64,000 bases of DNA, taken from positions 71,047 to 135,046 of the IMG/VR virus record IMGVR_UViG_3300028920_000039. One strand, 5' to 3'. The position numbers were made by a program, and so were the translations under genes. This stretch comes from a virus. The notes beneath the pieces are model-generated. The model was given only the letters and a program-made list of their open reading frames with translations, did not search any database and was not told where the DNA came from. Below, one piece after another: positions 61,411 to 64,000 of this stretch (positions within the stretch are counted from its first letter, which is position 1; each line of letters begins with the position of its first letter).

Positions 61411-61554
61411 ATGAAAGACGCACTGGAGAAAGCGGTGAAGGTCAACGCGGAGAAGGCGGCGAAGTCTGAGACTTCGGCTGACGAAGCGTTGAAGTACACG
61501 CAGGCAACCGTGAACGCGGCCAATGCGATGAGGGCTGCTGGCATTGTTAAGTAG
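61411..61554 (+). CDS. 47-aa Ala-rich protein (not in the ORF track)
   Basis: SD GGGAGG; MKDALEKAVKVNAEKAAK...; flanked by hairpins. Confidence 0.65.
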   Translation: MKDALEKAVKVNAEKAAKSETSADEALKYTQATVNAANAMRAAGIVK

Positions 61555-61616
61555 CATAATCACGAGGGCGACAGGGCTACCACCTTGTCGCCCTAAAGGG
61601 CAGAAAGGCAAGTGAG

Positions 61617-61913
61617 ATGCAGAAAAGAGATGTTTTTGCCGTTGTAGTGTATATTGGTGTTGCTGTCGCGGTGTCAGCCCTTGTTGCATATTTCATCACT
61701 AGCCCGAAACCCAAGCCGATGTTTACTATTTACGAGAGTGGTGATATCCTGCTCGGGACGAACACGACCATCACTGTGTCAGACACGAATGTCCTATTTA
61801 TTACGTTCGTTGACGATTCCGATGCGGGTGTTCTGGGGATAGTTCCAGAAGGTGACACCGAGGTTATCTGGGTCCATGAAGGCGAAGAGTTCCTTCGATT
61901 GTCTGTGATGTGA
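61617..61913 (+). CDS. membrane-anchored hypothetical protein
   Basis: N-terminal TM 'VFAVVVYIGVAVAVSALVAYF'. Confidence 0.6.
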   Translation: MQKRDVFAVVVYIGVAVAVSALVAYFITSPKPKPMFTIYESGDILLGTNTTITVSDTNVLFITFVDDSDAGVLGIVPEGDTEVIWVHEGEEFLRLSVM

Positions 61914-62033
61914 CCGGGGAAGTGTTGCATGTTCATACGCCGCCCGCACACAGTGCAAGCAACATGATTCGTTTGCTAATTGAGACGATAGAGCAGATCG
62001 CCACCGTACGATAGAGCGACAGAACAGGGGTAA

Positions 62034-62519
62034 GTGATGCCGAGGGATTTTATCCGGGCGCAAACGCTCGATGTCAGAAGGAAGGTTCACCAGAACGACG
62101 GCGACGGACTGTGCTTCTCTGCGTGCATAGCGAGCCTTATGGGGCTGAGGCTGGAAGATGTGCCTTGCTTCTGGGACGACGACAGGGGCGATAGTAGGCG
62201 TGCCGATATGTCTGACTCAGCAAAAGCATGGCTCAAAAGCCAAGGCTATGTGTATTGGGAATTGCGGTGGGACGGGGAGTTGGGCTGCCAGCACGAGCCG
62301 TGTCCGTGCATTCTTTCCGGCCGGTCGCCGCGGGGAATCATGCACGCTGTTGTTGGCGAGTTCTTTATCATCGACGACGGCGACATGAAAGGGCACCATG
62401 GGGTACAAATGATACATGATCCGCATCCGTCAAAGGCAGGGATCAAAGAGGTAGAGTGGATAGGGTTCTTGCTGCCAACGAGAATTACCCCGTCCCCGGC
62501 AGAACAGGGAGATAAGTGA
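62034..62519 (+). CDS. hypothetical protein (papain-like Cys/His pattern possible)
   Basis: 'GLCFSACIASLMG', 'CILSGRSPRG.MHAVV', 'IHDPHPS'. Confidence 0.6.
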   Translation: MMPRDFIRAQTLDVRRKVHQNDGDGLCFSACIASLMGLRLEDVPCFWDDDRGDSRRADMSDSAKAWLKSQGYVYWELRWDGELGCQHEPCPCILSGRSPRGIMHAVVGEFFIIDDGDMKGHHGVQMIHDPHPSKAGIKEVEWIGFLLPTRITPSPAEQGDK

Positions 62520-62781
62520 TGAACAAAGACCGCGACAAGCTGGTTAAGGCGCTTGAAGAGGCACACCGCAAGCCGCGGAATACGACAAGAAAGAAAAGTC
62601 GTAACGTACTATGTACGTTACGAAAAAAACTCAAAAATATTCAACACTTCCCTTTCTTTTTTCTGTATATACAATTGATATGATCAAACAAAATGGGCGC
62701 GCTCAAGCGGGGCGGAACACCGGGGGCTGCGCATCCGGTAACTAAACACGCGGACTGGGCAAAGACGGTAGGGAGGTTGCC

Positions 62782-62952
62782 GTGACTGCCGTTAAGGGGA
62801 ATCGCTCCGGCGTGGTAGAGTGGACATACGCGGTGGACGGCAAGGTGTCACAACACAAGACTGACATGCAGGTGTGGCGTAGGCTTGTATCACGTGCGAT
62901 AGAATACGGCACGGACTTCCGTGCTGCGAACACGGTATTAACAAACAAATGA
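62782..62952 (+). CDS. 56-aa hypothetical (not in the ORF track)
   Basis: SD GGGAGG then GTG; open to TGA 62950-62952. Confidence 0.5.
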   Translation: MTAVKGNRSGVVEWTYAVDGKVSQHKTDMQVWRRLVSRAIEYGTDFRAANTVLTNK

Positions 62953-63047
62953 CAACCCGGCGAATAGGCGGCCATAGGCGCCAGCTCTGCCCTGCCCGCT
63001 GCAGCGGAGTAGGGCTTAGCCGGGCGAACAAACAGAGGAGGAGCACA

Positions 63048-63413
63048 ATGAGGCTGATAGTGTTGGGAGTGTTGACAGTGTTGGGGATGTCTTCTTGTTA
63101 CGCCGAGCCTGAACTTGGCAGGGATCCGGCGGAGGATCCGCGGCCGGTCCCGGTGGAAAGCAAGGTGAAGGCTGAGGCCAAGAAGATGGTGGCTGCGAGG
63201 CTGGCGGCTGCCATAATTGAGGCTGAGAGGATTGCTAACGGAGAATGTCCGAAGTGCAAGGCCAAAGACAAGGAAATAGCTGACTTGCAAAACAAGCTCC
63301 TGGAGGCCAATAAGCAGCTCGAGCGGGCCCGTAAGATTCTGCAGGACATGGACCGGAGGATCATGTTGGGGCGTAAGGCCGCTATCACGGCGGCCTTGAT
63401 TCTGGATCCGTAA
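63048..63413 (+). CDS. secreted/lipoprotein-like coiled-coil protein
   Basis: SD GAGGAGG; signal 'MRLIVLGVLTVLGMSSC'; coiled coil. Confidence 0.6.
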   Translation: MRLIVLGVLTVLGMSSCYAEPELGRDPAEDPRPVPVESKVKAEAKKMVAARLAAAIIEAERIANGECPKCKAKDKEIADLQNKLLEANKQLERARKILQDMDRRIMLGRKAAITAALILDP

Positions 63414-63454
63414 CACAACAAAAGGGGCAACAGCCCTGGAAAGGAGAAGGTAGG

Positions 63455-63787
63455 ATGAGGAACTGGAAAGTGGTAGACCTGGTGAAAGTGGCGTTAGTGC
63501 ATATCGTGATTGCGCTGGTGCTGCTGTTTGTAGGGTGCGGTCTGCTTGGGCAGAGCGGGGTGAGCGATAACCCGGCATTGCGGGCAGCGTTTGTGGAGAA
63601 GGGTATGGAGCTGGCCCAGAAAGAGGGCATGGAGGTCACCGAGGCGGAACTCGGAACCATCTATGACAATGCGGTGGTAATCGCGAACTCTCCCGCGGCA
63701 GTGGCAATTAGCGATGTAATCGAAGGCAACTCGGATGCCGTTGCCAAGCTGAAGGAGCTGCTTGAGGAGTACCTGCCCAAAGAGTAA
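63455..63787 (+). CDS. putative lipoprotein
   Basis: Hydrophobic N-terminus ending in lipobox-like 'LFVGC'. Confidence 0.6.
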   Translation: MRNWKVVDLVKVALVHIVIALVLLFVGCGLLGQSGVSDNPALRAAFVEKGMELAQKEGMEVTEAELGTIYDNAVVIANSPAAVAISDVIEGNSDAVAKLKELLEEYLPKE

Positions 63788-64000
63788 GGGCGAGATATCC
63801 CCGGGGGCGGTCCGATATGGACCGCCGCCGGGGTAACGAGTACATTAACGGATGGGGAAGACTCGGAACCGACGCAAATCTCAGAATGATGGCCGAGCAG
63901 ATAGACGCGCTGGAGCGAGACCGGGTAATGAATCCACCGGGTAGAGCGACAGAACAAGCCCAATAGCACAGAAAGGATGAGACATGAAGGTAGACATGGA

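Noticed and set aside
60787-63578. long minus-strand ORFs (60787-61689, 62742-63578, also 20776-21663, 58960-59634)
   Set aside because: Antisense shadows of well-supported + strand genes, with low-complexity translations and no motifs.

Overview
The window is a segment of a large contractile-tailed (myovirus-type) phage genome, with essentially all genes on the + strand. (1) 1-27.4 kb is a virion module: neck/terminator, sheath, tube, chaperone, short tape measure, hub, spike, gp25-like and wedge genes. Inserted among the baseplate/fibre genes is an approximately 7.5 kb protein/glycan-modification cluster: a 1428-aa Maf-like + 4x GT-A + SAM-methyltransferase polyprotein, a SCIFF-maturase-like radical SAM/SPASM enzyme fused to a GT9 domain, and a GT2-like enzyme. 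It sits just downstream of a baseplate/fibre protein carrying a six-Cys CxxxCxxxC motif and Gly-X-Thr collagen-like repeats. The best candidate for a new system is phage-encoded thioether cross-linking plus glycosylation of its own virion appendage; this is inference, not demonstrated. (2) 27.4-50.9 kb is a replication/modification block: two sigma-like + Zn/wHTH cassettes, a 7-deazaguanine DNA-modification set (queC, folE, PRTase, queF, dpdA-like with a 5' frameshift, queE), beta-clamp, UDG-PolA fusion, DnaX-like, SSB, RecA, primase, DnaB-like and SNF2 helicases, split Rad50/Mre11, tRNA-Thr(TGT) and an MmcB-like nuclease. (3) 50.9-64 kb is an early/accessory region of small ORFs, hairpins and short repeats. 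All family calls come from motif recognition by eye; no database searches were run.
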